A stretch of 64,000 bases of DNA from contig NIVC01000459.1 of the NCBI GenBank assembly GCA_002269645.1, forward strand, positions 186,001 to 250,000, written 5' to 3'. Positions 48,004 through 60,574 of this stretch are shown here, piece after piece (position 1 is the stretch's first letter; each line of letters opens with the position of its first letter). The notes under the pieces are model-generated. The model saw only the letters and a list, made by a program, of their open reading frames with translations. It was not told the origin of the DNA and did no database searches. This DNA comes from Macrostomum lignano (lineage: Eukaryota). The position numbers and the translations under genes were made by a program.

Positions 48004-50881
48004 CTGCAATGCGTCGGTGCGAATTTCAATTATAGCCTGAAGCATCGAGAAATGGGAGAGTGGCAGGCTGGATGAACCTGAAGCCTTGAGAAGTGGGAGG
48101 GTGGCGGGCTGGCTGGACTTAAAGCATCAGGAAGTGGGAGGGTTGTGAGCTGGATGAACCTGAAGCATCGGGAAGTGGGAGGGTGGCGGGCTGGCTGAAG
48201 CACCGGGAAGTGGGAGGGTGGCGGGCTGGCTGAAGCACCGGGAAGTGGGAGGGTTGCGGGCTGGCTGAAGCACCGGGAAGTGGGAGGGTGGCGGGCTGGC
48301 TGAAGCACCGGGAAGTGGGAGGGTGGCGGGCTGGCTGAAGCATCGGGAAGTGGGAGGGTGGCGGGCTGGCTGAAGCATCGGGAAGTGGGAGGGTTGCGGG
48401 CTGGCTGAAGCACCGGGAAGTGGGAGGGTGGCGGGCTGGCTGAAGCATCGGGAAGTGGGAGGGTTGCGGGCTGGCTGAAGCACCGGGAAGTGGGAGGGTT
48501 GCGAGCTGGCTGAAGCCCCGGGAAGTGGGAGGGTGGCGGGCTGGCTGAAGCATCGGGAAGTGGGAGGGTTGCGGGCTGGCTGAAGCACCGGGAATTGGGA
48601 GGGTTGTGGGCTGGATGAACCTGAAGCACCGGGAAGTGGGAGGGTGGCGGGCTGGCTGAAGCGCCGGGAAGTGGGAGGGTGGCGGGCTGGCTGAAGCACC
48701 GGGAAGTGGGAGGGTGGCGGGCTGGCTGAAGCACCGGGAAGTGGGAGGGTGGCGGGCTGGCTGAAGCACCGGGAAGTGGGAGGGTGGCGGGCTGGCTGAA
48801 GCGCCGGGAAGTGGGAGGGTGGCGGGCTGGCTGAAGCGCCGGGAAGTGGGAGGGTGGCGGGCTGGCTGAAGCGCCGGGAAGTGGGAGGGTGGCGGGCTGG
48901 CTGAAGCGCTGGGAAGTGGGAGGGTGGCGGGCTGGCTGAAGCACCGGGAATCGAGAGACACAGAGAAGGTGAAGTTCAGCAGGTATCTGACGAAGCAACA
49001 AACCTGATTAGTTTTCGCGGAGGTGAGTACAGCAGGGCACTGCCACTCCTGGGCCAGTCGAGTCACCTCATCCGAGCCCACTGTCCTGTCATTGGCTGCC
49101 AGGTCCACCTTGTTGCCAACGAGCACCATTGGCAGGGTTCGGTGGCCTGTGCTCTCCAGCAGGCAGTTCCTCACTGTGCGCAGATACTCGAACGACTTTC
49201 TGTTGGCGGTGGAGAACACCAGAACCCAGCCGTCGACGTTGAGAGTCTGGGCGGATGAGGCTGGCGATCCAGACTCCTGACCAGCAGTGTCTGTGATTTC
49301 TAGCACATATCTTTGGCCACGGAAAGTGACCTCCTTGCTGAGCGTGTCCTCAATGGTTGGAACGTACATCTCTGAGAAGGTGTTCTGCGTGAACCGCATA
49401 GTCAGGCTGCTCTTTCCTGTGTGAGGGAGATACCATGGCCCATTAATCACAAATCACTAACATTACTGTGCTCTGGCTTGAAACTTGACCCTACATACAA
49501 AGTTGTGTGAAGAATTCTGACAAAAGTAGCTATAAATCATTAAGGTATATTTTTAAGATTAGTTTCTGCCATAGCTATGAATATGGCTATGGGAAGTTAC
49601 AGATAGCTTGTATGGAGGTATTTTTTATATCTAGTAATATTTGCTGCTATATAGCTGAGACTTAAAAGATCATTAGAGCCTTGATTTAATGGTTTTTAAG
49701 AGGTTAGAACAATAGTAAATCAATGACTCTTGCTAGTTTCAAAGGTTTTATGATGGTTACTCTTAAGTCCCTAGTTTTAGGGACTGAAGCAATAGAGATT
49801 TTTGACACCATGTCTATTGTGTGAATGGAGTTGCAGGGGCTAAAGTTGAGATTATTTATTTTCAATGCAAGAGGAGCACTCAAGTCCCAGGGGACTAAAG
49901 CAAAAGAGATTTTCAATGTAGCTCGTAATATACATAAACACAAGAATTGGGACACATCTTTTGATTAAAAATTTATAGAATTAGTGATTACTTGAATGTA
50001 TTTTTTACTTGTACTCATTATATTATTATTTTGTTGGTTACAAAACTTTGCATCAATTTTGTTGTGTTTTACTTATGATCTTGACATTTTTTGCTCAATT
50101 TTGTTTAACTTTATATGGACCTATGAACTATAAAACACGAAAAGACCTAATCCTGATTCCCAAATCCCAATCCCAATCAAGATCCCAAGAAAAAATTTAT
50201 TCCCGATCCTGATCCCACCCAAAGATTTCAATCCTGTCCAACCTCTATTGATTAACTATTGATTGGTTGGCTATATTCAATTGAATTCAAGATTATTTTA
50301 GACCTATATATAAACAACACTAATTAGCCAATTGAGTTATAGATGAAAAGGCTAAACCTATCTTCTATTGGCCAAGTAAGTTGCAAAATTGATTCCTGAA
50401 TATGAAAAAGGCAAAAAGGAAAAAAGTGCTGCAAGGCAATGAAGTAGGGGCCTTAAGAGGAGGAAAAGTAAAAGCAAACAAAAATCGAAAAGTAAAAGAC
50501 AAAACTAAAAGATTAAACTAATTATTAAAGTAAAATAAGTTGCAATAAGTTTCAACTAGTCAACTAAGCTGCAGTTTTTTGCTAAAACTAAGTTTGATGG
50601 CAAGTTTAAATTTGGGAGATTCTGTATAGGTCTAGCTAGGCCCTTATCATTCTATGTCAATGACCAAGCCATTCATATTTATATTATATATATTAAAAAA
50701 GGCTTCTATATATTTGAAGTTATAATTGCTAATGTTGGTACTTCAATTTTTTACACAAATTTAAAAAACCAAAAGCAAAGACAAACTGGCAAAAAAATAT
50801 ATTTCAGTACAACTTTTACTTACCTACTGATTTGCTACCAAGAACAGCAATTCGCCTTTTTCTCTGTGCATTGGCAGCCAT
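47914..50881 (-). CDS. Rheb: Rheb-like Ras-family small GTPase, join(50881-50824,49416-49004,48003-47914), ~186 aa
   Basis: MAANAQRKRRIAVLGSKSVG|KSSLT (cf. Rheb RKIAILGYRSVGKSSLT), YVPTIEDT, DTAGQ, LVGNKVDL, SAKTNQ|NV, C-terminal CaaX CCIS (farnesyl type). From recall, the two intron positions match the first and last coding introns of human RHEB; this should be verified. Confidence 0.85.
48050..48950. repeat. 35-nt G-rich minisatellite, Rheb last intron
   Basis: GGGAAGTGGGAGGGTGGCGGGCTGGCTGAAGCACC x ~25. Confidence 0.97.
49004..49416 (-). CDS. Rheb: Rheb-like coding exon 2 (G1-G5)
   Basis: cacacag|GA KSSLTMRF...TSAKTNQ|gtttgt. Confidence 0.93.
50824..50881 (-). CDS. Rheb: Rheb-like coding exon 1 (P-loop start)
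   Basis: ATG GCT GCC...TCA GTA G|gtaagt; phase 1 matches the next exon. Too short for the ORF track. Confidence 0.88.
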
Positions 50882-51597
50882 CAAAGATGCACAGATATTT
50901 GCTAGGTTTAGACCTATATGTTAAGAAAATCGTGCGCGAATTGTAAACGCTAAATCAAAGCAAGCGGCTAGTCTATCATTAACTCTCTTCAGTCAGTCTA
51001 TTTTCTCACAGAACAGAAGACAAAAAACTGCAAATTAATATACAATCACAAATATTTACATGACAGTAGTAGAATTTAAACGAACAAGACACGAAAACGA
51101 CAGCACAGAAATAACTTTAATAAAGTTTAAAGTTAGCAATCTAGCAATAACTATTCTACACTATACTATACGCTTTGTTTTCTTTCTTATCAGTTTACCG
51201 CCAAGTAGATTAAATTACTATAACTATCATAAAATTGAAAGCTTACCAACAAATGAGTTGCATCTAGGGATAAAGATTGTCTAACAGCTATAATTGAATG
51301 AATTTAACATTTTTATCTAAAGTCTAGGGATTGTTATTCTACTGACCTTTAATTAAGTGGTTTTTAGCTAATATTTGTTAGGTTGGCTCACCAGAACGTA
51401 GCCCGTTGCTCCGTATTCTGAAAACTGAATCCATTGGGCATTGACATTGGCATTGATTGTAAAAGTCTTAAAAATTAATGAAATAACTTATTAATTCTTA
51501 TTAGTTCCCCATTGGTTTTGGTTTGTCATTGGGTTTTTTGATTGTCGATTCTGATTTCAGAACCAGCAGGACCATTTTGCAAAGTGCTCCAAAATTC

Positions 51598-51995
51598 ACG
51601 TATGAAACATTCGCCGACACTTATTCAGACACTTCTACAGACACTTTAGTTTCTGTCGTACGAATCGTAGGAACAAGCATTAAATTTGTTTATTCCTAAC
51701 AAACTATCAGTAAACTGCTTTATTTTAAGCTTTTTTGCTTTATTTTATTAAATATGAATCATGAAATTTGTTATTCTGCATAGATTCTCTTCACGTGAAG
51801 AAGAATGTTAAATTTGTCCAGGACACTTCCTAATCCATATTTAATAAAATAAAGCAAAAAAAGCTTAAAATAAAGCAGTTTACTGATAGTTTGATAGGAA
51901 TAAACAAATTTAATGCTTGTTCCTACGATTCGTACGACAGAAACTAAAGTGTCTGTAGAAGTGTCTGAATAAGTGTCGGCGAATGTTTAATACGT
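51598..51995. mobile_element. Foldback MITE with ~160-nt near-perfect inverted arms
   Basis: Arm 51598-51756 is the reverse complement of 51836-51995; 79-nt spacer containing the CTTCACGTGAAG palindrome. Confidence 0.88.
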
Positions 51996-52472
51996 AGAAT
52001 TGAAGTACATAAATTCCACTTTTAATAAAAAAATTATTTAGGAATTAAAAACCCTGAATAATTTCATTTGAAGCCTGCTGTTTTAGAAAGTAATTTGTTA
52101 TACTGATTTTTGTATTGGCTGATTCTGGTTCTTCATATCTCCATGCATAAACATGTCCTGGAATCGAGTCAGGAAAAATCCTTATTGATATTTTAATCTA
52201 CTAAAACCAGTGGCGGATCCAGGATTTTTTAAGTAGGGGAGGCGGTCCCGGGCGGATTGGCCCAACTTCAATTGTAAATAATTAGCCCAAAATTGCAATA
52301 CTCCCCCCTTACATGTATATATGCAAGTTCAGCCATGGCAAGAGGGGGCGGCCTTTTAAATCGTCTTAAAATCGTTTTAAATCGTAAATCGTTCTTGCAG
52401 TGTGCCGATGCTGAAATTAAAGACAAAAATTAAAGAATATTTGTAACGTACATGTGAAAATGCGCGCATATA

Positions 52473-52839
52473 CAGCTGGGTGGCCCACGTAACGCGCCTG
52501 ATTTAAAACGTAACTTTAGTTTTGTCATTCGCAACCAATGTTGACAAAATTTTAATACAAGTACGTTGCCACATGTATAGCATTATATTTGCAACATTTA
52601 CGCACGCAAGCAAGCACTCACACAGGAGGTCCGAAGTCGAATGTTAAAAAAGCAAGCTGCAGACAGGCGCCGCATTCACTATATGCTTTGTGTGTGTGTG
52701 TGAGTGCTGGCGTTCGTAAATTTTGAAAATATAATGCTTTACACATGTGGCAACGTTGTGTTACAATTTTGTCAACATTGGTTGCGAATGACAAAAGTTA
52801 TTAACGTTTTAAATCAGTTGCATGACGTGGGCCACCCTG
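52473..52839. mobile_element. Tc1/mariner-type MITE with TA target-site duplication
   Basis: TA|CAG(CT)GGGTGGCCCACGT...ACGTGGGCCACCCTG|TA; ~150-nt imperfect inverted arms. Confidence 0.85.
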
Positions 52840-53959
52840 TATATATCATGCACATACGTGTACTGCATGATATGTACATGAATAGTGCATGTGTTTTAAG
52901 AAGATCATCCTCATTCATTCCTTCGTCATTCTTTGAAAGAGTGATATCTGCATTTAAGCCCGTACATGTACATGTATTATGCATGGATATTACACCTTTT
53001 CAAGTATTTTATATAATCTCTGACACGTACACACTGCAGATCTGTCGTGGTGTCTACACACATACCACACACATACATGTATGATTCCAGTAACAAGGTC
53101 AATTTACAGTTAGCCAGATGTATACCTTGCAGTAGATTGATAATTAAAATGAAAAGCTACCTATACAAGGTGGACAGACCGGGATGGTCTTCAATACAGA
53201 GAAGACGGCTGAGCCCACAATTACCTGTATACGTACCGCATATACATACATGTAGTTAGGTGCTCTAATCAGCCAGTTTTTTCAGCCATTTATTCAAGCG
53301 GCATAATACTACAATACCAAACTAGAGTAACTGACTTCTTGTCTTATATCCCCCCACAAGCGCGCTCCCGCAATGGGACCAGCAGCAAATGCTATTATTG
53401 CGCAGGCATGTGATCAATCCGTCCTAATTAATTATTTATCAGGGCGCGTTTTCAAGGCAGAGAGGAGCGGCGCTACGCATAGACCGCGGCTCCGGTACTA
53501 TACAGAGACAAAACTATACAGAGATCCCACTGACTACTATAGCAGCTAAGTCGCTTTGAGTCTTTCTTAGCAGATTGTGAGCTTAGTTGTCTCACTCTGT
53601 CTATTCCGCGCATTGAACAAGCTGTATTTGGTTGCTCTCTGAATAATTGACTCGCACTGTGTGTGGGGGCTCATTGCCGCTGCCTCAGCCTCCTCTGTCA
53701 CCATCGACTCTCTCGATATCTCCCCGGCCAATTCCAATAGTGGCTGCTGGAAATAAATTTATATCTTCTCACTGTTACTACAGAAGGCTGAACTTTTGCG
53801 ATTCCAACTTGCAAACTAGCCTGGCTTAAGCCTAACTAAAAATTAGCTCTTCTCGCGAAATATCTTATTGATAATAAGTATTTTGCTTTAGATTCATAAG
53901 CTTTACAGCTTAACGCAGTACGATTTATTTGGAATAGCAATGTCATACGGTGGCAGCGT

Positions 53960-54430
53960 ACGAGTATTACAAACTGTAGGCGCCGTATTACAAACTGTAG
54001 GCGCCGTATTACAAACTGTAGGCGCCGTATTACAAACTGTAGGCGCCGTATTACAAACTGTAGGCGCCGTATTACAAACTGAAAGAGCCTTATTACAAAC
54101 TGAAAGAGCCTTATTACAAACTGAAAGAGCCCTATTACAAACTGAAAGAGCCTTATTACAAACTGAAAGAGCCCTATTACAAACTGAAAGAGCCCTATTA
54201 CAAACTGAAAGAGCCTTATTACAAACTGAAAGAGCCTTATTACAAACTGAAAGAGCCCTATTACAAACTGAAAGAGCCTTATTACAAACTGAAAGCGGTG
54301 TATTACAAAATGTCGAAAATGAAAGCGTTGTATTACAAAATGTCGAAAATGAAAGCGGTGTATTACAAAATGTCGAAAATGAAAGCGGTGTATTACAAAA
54401 TGTCGAAAATGAAAGCGGTGTATTACAAGC
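53960..54430. repeat. Three-block composite minisatellite sharing a TATTACAAA core
   Basis: 21-nt (..CTGTAGGCGCCG), then 21-nt (..CTGAAAGAGCCT), then 30-nt (..ATGTCGAAAATGAAAGCGGTG) blocks. Confidence 0.95.
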
Positions 54431-54948
54431 TGTAGTCGTATTACAATCAGAGCCCATCTCATAACAGGATTACGAGTGTAAATGTCTTTACTTTCATCTT
54501 TTTTCTCCTCAAACGAATTCAGATTTGTGCATGCATTAAGATCGAGTTGAGAATACTCTGTTCCTCGGAACCATTTCATATTCCGTGTCTTCCGTGTTGG
54601 CTTAATCGCGGAATTCGCATAATGATTTTGCAGAAGGCAGTGGAGGGGATTGGGGACTCAATAATCTGCCATTTGCGTCTGGGTGAGGCAGCCACCCGCC
54701 ACAACAGCCGCTCGAACTGATTGAAGCAGCAAATGCAAAAGTCGTGTCTTAATCTTTGACCCCCGGGGGGCCTCCCCTCCGCCCTCCTCCCACTGCCAGG
54801 ATCGTTCCCACGGCCCTTGGCTGCTGCTGCTGCTGCTGCTGCTGGCAAACATACCGCTGAAATCTCCATCTCCTGCAATCCGCGGCTACTGCCCCGTTCT
54901 CACGCATGGGACAGAAAAAAATTGAGTTGTAGATTTGCTTGCCGGGCA

Positions 54949-55086
54949 GCTTGCAGGTGTTGAAGTTTAACTATTCTAGCCAATCAGAGCGCAGCTTGCA
55001 GATGTGGAAGTTTAACTATTCTAGCCAATCAGAGCGCAGCTTGCAGATGTTGAAGTTTAACTATTCTAGCCAATCAGAGCGCAGCT
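54949..55086. repeat. 3 x 45-nt repeat, each unit with an AGCCAATCAG CCAAT box
   Basis: GCTTGCAGATGTTGAAGTTTAACTATTCTAGCCAATCAGAGCGCA. Confidence 0.9.
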
Positions 55087-55554
55087 AGGGAAAGATAGGG
55101 GCAAGGGTACTCGGGAAGGGTTAAGCGAGGGGGAAAGAGGCTAGTCGTGCCAACCCCAAGGCACAGAGAGTGTACATGCCTGGACGATGATGAGACAGTC
55201 AGGGCCGATGTACACCCTGTGTTAGCGCGTGCTCAGGTGTCAGTGGGAATACGTATATAATACGTTTGCCGTCTCCATTTCAAATCCAATACAGTACCAA
55301 ACGGGACTGGCCTACGTCTCTCGGTCGAACAGCTCGCCATCGGAACGAGGCCAATTTTGAGTGATTGCATGGTTTGCACTTAATTATTCGTCACCTTGTA
55401 CATCCTCAGTCATTCGGTTTAACTGCTCATTTGACTGCAGTGTTAACAGGCTCTGAGTGTTTGTGATTTAATGGGTGACTCCGGATGTCATGCATGAACA
55501 AATATTATTGCTCTCGTTTCCACTGGACCCTACCGAAGATGCGCGCTTATTCCT

Positions 55555-55745
55555 GTGTGCTTGTGTCTGTGTGCTTGTGCCTGTGTGCTTGTGCCTGTGT
55601 GCTTGTGCCTGTGTGCTTGTGTCTGTGCTTGTGTCTGTGTGCTTGTGTCTGTGTTCTTGTGCCTGTGTTCTTGTGCCTGTGTTCTTGTGCCTGTGTTCTT
55701 GTGCCTGTGTCCTTGTGCCTGTGCGTCCTTGTGCTAGTGTGCCTG
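55555..55745. repeat. TG-rich 14-nt repeat
   Basis: GTGCCTGTGTGCTT variants. Confidence 0.9.
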
Positions 55746-56819
55746 TGAAATATTTGACAAAGCTATTTTTTTAAAATTGGCCAGATCTTCTCAGAAAATA
55801 TTAATATTCATTAATTTCTCCCCCGATCAGTTCCGTCCTGCTCCCACCAGCACCCCCCTTGCACCAAGGGATCCGCAGCGCCGCTTCAATAGTTAATAAG
55901 TGCTGCTGGACAGTTGGACTCAAATTTCCAATCAATATCTGGCCGGGTTGGACAGATTAAGCCTAATCTAGTTATAATCTATCCGGACGGAGCCAGAGGA
56001 GCACGGGGTGGCTGTCCGAGGTTAATTATCTCAGGGTCAGGGATGACGGAGGAACGGACAGTAGGATGCTGTCTTGACATTCTCTCTCCCTCTCTCCCTC
56101 CCTCTCCCCCCCCCGGGTTTCTGATGGACAAAGATGAGCATTAGAAAGAAACTTGTTGGCTCAAGTCAAGTAGAACTCAAAATCGCTTTCTGACTTGTCT
56201 TGTCCCAACCCGTCTTGATTTCTGATTCTTTTATATATGGGAGAAATTGGGAGGTTGGGGCAATCTCAGCATTCGAAGTCTGCGCCCCTCAAAATCATGT
56301 AGGTAACCTGAGCCCAGTTTTTTAACATCCATCCCCGCATAGGCTTGAATATGGAGTCTCCGGTCAGGAAAATGAAGCCTAATGGCGACTCAGTTCTGCA
56401 AACACGATCGAGGAAGGGGAGGAATATTTATTGACCCGAGGGGATTTTGGGAGGCCAAAAACGAGCGGCTCTCTTTATTGAAAATTTTGTCGCTAAGGTT
56501 CGAATGCCGCGCTCTAGAGGGTTGATGGACAAATAAAGAGCTGGAGTCGCCGGGACACCAGGCCGATCCCTAATATAGGATTTGAGGCCTGCAGTTTGGC
56601 AAACATTGACAGTGGAGAAGTGCTGTCTTCCCGTGTAAGACCCAGCAGAGTCTTTTGACTTTCTGCTCGAATGATTTGGGATAAGGTGCAGGGTGCTGTG
56701 CTCACCTAGATTTAGTCTGTGGAAGTTACCGGTATAGTCACTGTGAACTGCAGCTGGGGACTTATTCTACTTTGAGTGGCGAGTTGTGTGAAAATTGACA
56801 CATTTAGCTGCCTGACGTA

Positions 56820-57855
56820 TCCCCCTCCGCTGTGAGAATCAACCGAGAGTCTCACCCCTGATAATATCCCCTTCCGCTGTGAGAATCACTAAGAATCTCA
56901 TCCCTGACAATCTCCCTATTATCTGTGAGAATCAACCGAGAATCTCACCACTGACAATTTCGCTCTCTGTTGCGAAAATCAACCGAGAATCTCGACCCTG
57001 ACAATCTCCCTAATATCTATGATAACCAACTGAGAATCTCACTCCTGAGAATCTCCCTATTATCTGTCAGATTCCACCGAGAATCTCACCCCTGACCATT
57101 TCCCTCTTTGTTGTGAAAATCAACCGAGAATCTCGACCCTGACAATCTCCCGATTGTCTGTGAGAATCGACCGAGAATCTCACCCCTGACAATCTCCCTA
57201 TTATCCGTAAGAATCATCGAGAATCTCACCCCTGACAATCTCCCCCTCAGCTGTGAGAATCAACCGAGAATCTCACCCCTGAAAATCTACCTATTATCTG
57301 TGAAAATCAACCGAGAGTCTCACTCCTGACAATCTCCCGATTGTCTGTGAGAATCAGCCGAGAATCTCGACCCTGACAATCTCCCTATTATCTGTGAAAA
57401 TCAACCGAGAGTCTCACCCCTGACAATCTCCCTCTCTGTTGTGAGAATCAACCGAGAATCTCACCCCTGACAATCTCCCTCTCTGTTGTGAGAATCAACC
57501 GAGAATCTCACCCCTGACAATCTCCCTCTCTGTTGTGAGAATCAACCGAGAATCTCACCCCTGACAATCTCCCTATTATCCGTGAGAATCAACCGAGAAT
57601 CTCACCCCTGACAATCTCCCTATTATCCGTGAGAATCAACCGAGAATCTCACCCCTGACAATCTCCCTATTATCCGTGAGAATCAACCGAGAATCTCACC
57701 CCTGACAATCTCCCTATTATCTGTGAGAATCAACCGAGAATCTCACCCCTGACAATCTCCCTATTATCCGTGAGAATCAACCGAGAATCTCACCCCTGAC
57801 AATCTCCCTCTCTGTTGTGAGAATCAACCGAGAATCTCAACCCTGACAATCTCAC
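56820..57855. repeat. 47-nt minisatellite
   Basis: GTGAGAATCAACCGAGAATCTCACCCCTGACAATCTCCCTATTATCC x ~22. Confidence 0.95.
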
Positions 57856-58589
57856 TCTACACGGGAAACTTAATAAATTATTAATAGCAAAAATAACATG
57901 AATGCTCAAATATTAGAAAGCAGGACACAGCAAAATCGAGTGGAGCAGACACAGCGGGGGGGGGGCTGAGTTCGCAGAACACAAATCGATCCAAACTCCA
58001 AATATTTATCCCTAGCTGCAGTCCAGTCATTAGCATAAGTGTTTCTTGAACTCTGGTTAAAGGGGCCAACGCAGAGAGCATAGGTCGGTGTCAACTAATC
58101 TATCATCATCGATCTTATCCTATGGATCAATAGCAGCTCTCTTTCTTCTGCTTTTCCTCTTCCCTACTAGGAGCAGCAACCCTCTCAGAAGAGTTGTGAA
58201 ATTGAGCAGGGCGAGACACGTGCTCTTGACCAGCGGCCGTTCCGGGCCCCTGGGGGAGGGTGGCAGTGGCTCTGGGCAAATAGGAACTCGTGGCGGGCGG
58301 ACACTCAGGCGTGACACTGTGTCTTCTGCTTTTAGAAGAGACTTCAAGCAGCAATGGCGAGGATGGACTGCCATGCGAAGTGGAGGCGACTTGTCTGAAA
58401 TCATCCATTGTATTCGTTTTTTCATTCTGTCCCTTTTCCAATTGAAGCAGCAACTAAAATGGTGAATTAGAGTTTTTAGTTTGTATCAACACTTTCTGGA
58501 CAGCTGAAGCGCTGCATTAGTCTATGCTGATTCTTTGCTCTGTTCCGTGCTTATCGCTTCCATTTCTTCTTTAGCCTCTCCAAGGTCTC

Positions 58590-59935
58590 TCTCCTGGCTT
58601 GTCTCTCTTGTGTCTGTCTGGTGTCTCTCTCGTGTCTGTCTGGTGTCTCTCTTGTCTCTCTCATATCTGTCTAGCGTCTCTCTCGTGTCTGCCTGGTGCC
58701 ACCTCTCTCGTGTCTCCTGGTGCCGCCTCTCGCGTGTCTGCCTGGTGTCTCTCTGGTGTCTGTCTAGTGTCTCTCTCGTGTCTGTCTGGTGTCTCTCTTG
58801 TCTCTCTCATATCTGTCTAGTGTCTCTCTCGTGTCTGTCTGGTGTCTCTCTCGTGTCTGCCTGGTGTCTCTCTTGTCTCTCTCATATCTGTCTAGCGTCT
58901 CTCTCGTGTCTGTCTGGTGTCTCTCTCGTGTCTGCCTGGTGTCTCTCTCGTCTCTCTCATATCTGTCTAGCGTCTCTCTTGTGTCTGCCTGGTGTCTCTC
59001 TGGTGTCTGTCTGGTGTCTCTCTTGTGTCTGTCTGGTGTCTCTCTGGTGTCTGTCTGGTGTCTCTCTTGTGTCTGTCTGGTGTCTCTCTTGTCTCTCTTA
59101 TATCTGTCTAGTGTCTCTCTCGTGTCTGCCTGGTGTCTCTCTCGTGTCTTTATGGTGTCTCTATTGTGTCTGTCTGGTGTCTCTCTCGTGTTTGTCTGGT
59201 GTCTCTCTCGTGTCTGTCTGGTGTCTCTCTTGTGTCTGTCTGGTGTCCCTCTTGTGTCTGTCTGGTCTCTTTCGTGTTTGTCTGGTGCCGCCTCTCTCGT
59301 GTCTGTCTGGTGTCTCTCTCGTGTTTGTCTGGTGTCTCTCTTGTCTCTCTCATATCTGTCTAGCGTCTCTCTCGTGTCTGTCTGGTGTCTCTCTCGTGTC
59401 TTTATGGTATTGTGTCTGTCTGGTGTCTCTCTCGTGTCTTTATGGTATCTCTATTGTGTCTGTCTGGTGTCTCTCTCGTGTCTTTATGGTATCTCTATTG
59501 TGTCTGTCTGGTGTCTCTCTCGTGTCTGTCTGGTGCCGCCTCTCTCGTGTCTGTCTGGTGTCTCTCTCGTGTATGTCTGGTGCCGCCTCTCTCGTGTCTG
59601 TCTGGTGTCTCTCTTGTCTCTTTTATATCTGTCTAGTCTCTCTCGTGTCTGCCTGGTGTCTCTCTCGTGTCTGTCTGGTGTCTCTCTCGTGTCTGTCTGG
59701 TGTCTCTCTCGTGTCTTTATGGTGTCTCTATTGTGTCTGTATGGTGTCTCTCTCGTGTCTGTCTGGTGTCTCTCTCGTGTCTTTATGGTGTCTCTATTGT
59801 GTCTGTCTGGTGTCTCTCTCGTGTATGTCTGGTGCCGCCTCTCTCGTGTCTGTCTGGTGTATGTCTTGTCTCTCTCATATCTGCCTGGTGTCTCTTGTCT
59901 CTCTCATATCTGTCTGGAGTCTCTATTGTCTCTCT
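58590..59935. repeat. GT/CT low-complexity repeat
   Basis: GTGTCTGTCTGGTGTCTCTCTC modules. Confidence 0.95.
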
Positions 59936-60574
59936 TGTCTCTTTTCTATTTTCTCTAATTTCCATTTCTTACTCGTATCTCCCGTCCCACTGATCTGTCC
60001 CTCTCTTCCATCTCTGCCCAGTGAGTGAGACTAATAAGCCAGTATTGCCTTGGGCCTATATACGCTCGTAAAGACATGCAGACAGACGGACAGGCCAACA
60101 GACCAGGAACACAGCATCTCGTGTCGCGTGTCCAGCTCTCCCCCTCTCTCCCTCTCTCATTCTCCTTTGTAGTGCTGCCACCCCCGGCCCAATCCATTGT
60201 GGTCTCATATCCGGCTGGCCCCAGGGAGGGCGGGGATCTCACAGTGGCTGGAGGACCCGCTCTCACCTGATAGCCTGCCAATTAACGTAGCATAGCAATG
60301 GATCCTGTCGAGTCGTGCATTAAAAGGCCGACCTAACGGGAGGCTGACTCTAATAAAATCTGACAGTGCTGGGGTGAAGTGGAACTCATTCAAGTAGAAA
60401 TTGGATATTGGGGGGGGGGGCTCAATTGCGTTATTCACTATTTTCCGATTTTTCTGATTCAGCGCTGCGCTGAGCTGAATGTCTTCTGCTCAGGCGCGTC
60501 CGGTCGGGGGGTCGGCTCGAGTCAGGCAAAAATACTCTCAGTCTTATTACAATCAGCTGGTTTATCATTGAAGA

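Noticed and set aside
48119-49450. 443-aa GTPase with a long Pro-rich repeat tail
   Set aside because: The ORF runs through the donor at 49003 into the intronic 35-nt repeat; the true C-terminus with CaaX is the 48003-47914 exon
53960-54430. CRISPR-like array (constant core with changing flanks)
   Set aside because: Eukaryotic context, spacers are repeated rather than unique, and no cas genes
57880-58465. DIRS/tyrosine-recombinase-like fragment (SSRNTYANDW)
   Set aside because: A single short resemblance with no further motifs
58535-60028. 497-aa and 389-aa hydrophobic ORFs
   Set aside because: Translations of a GT/CT low-complexity repeat
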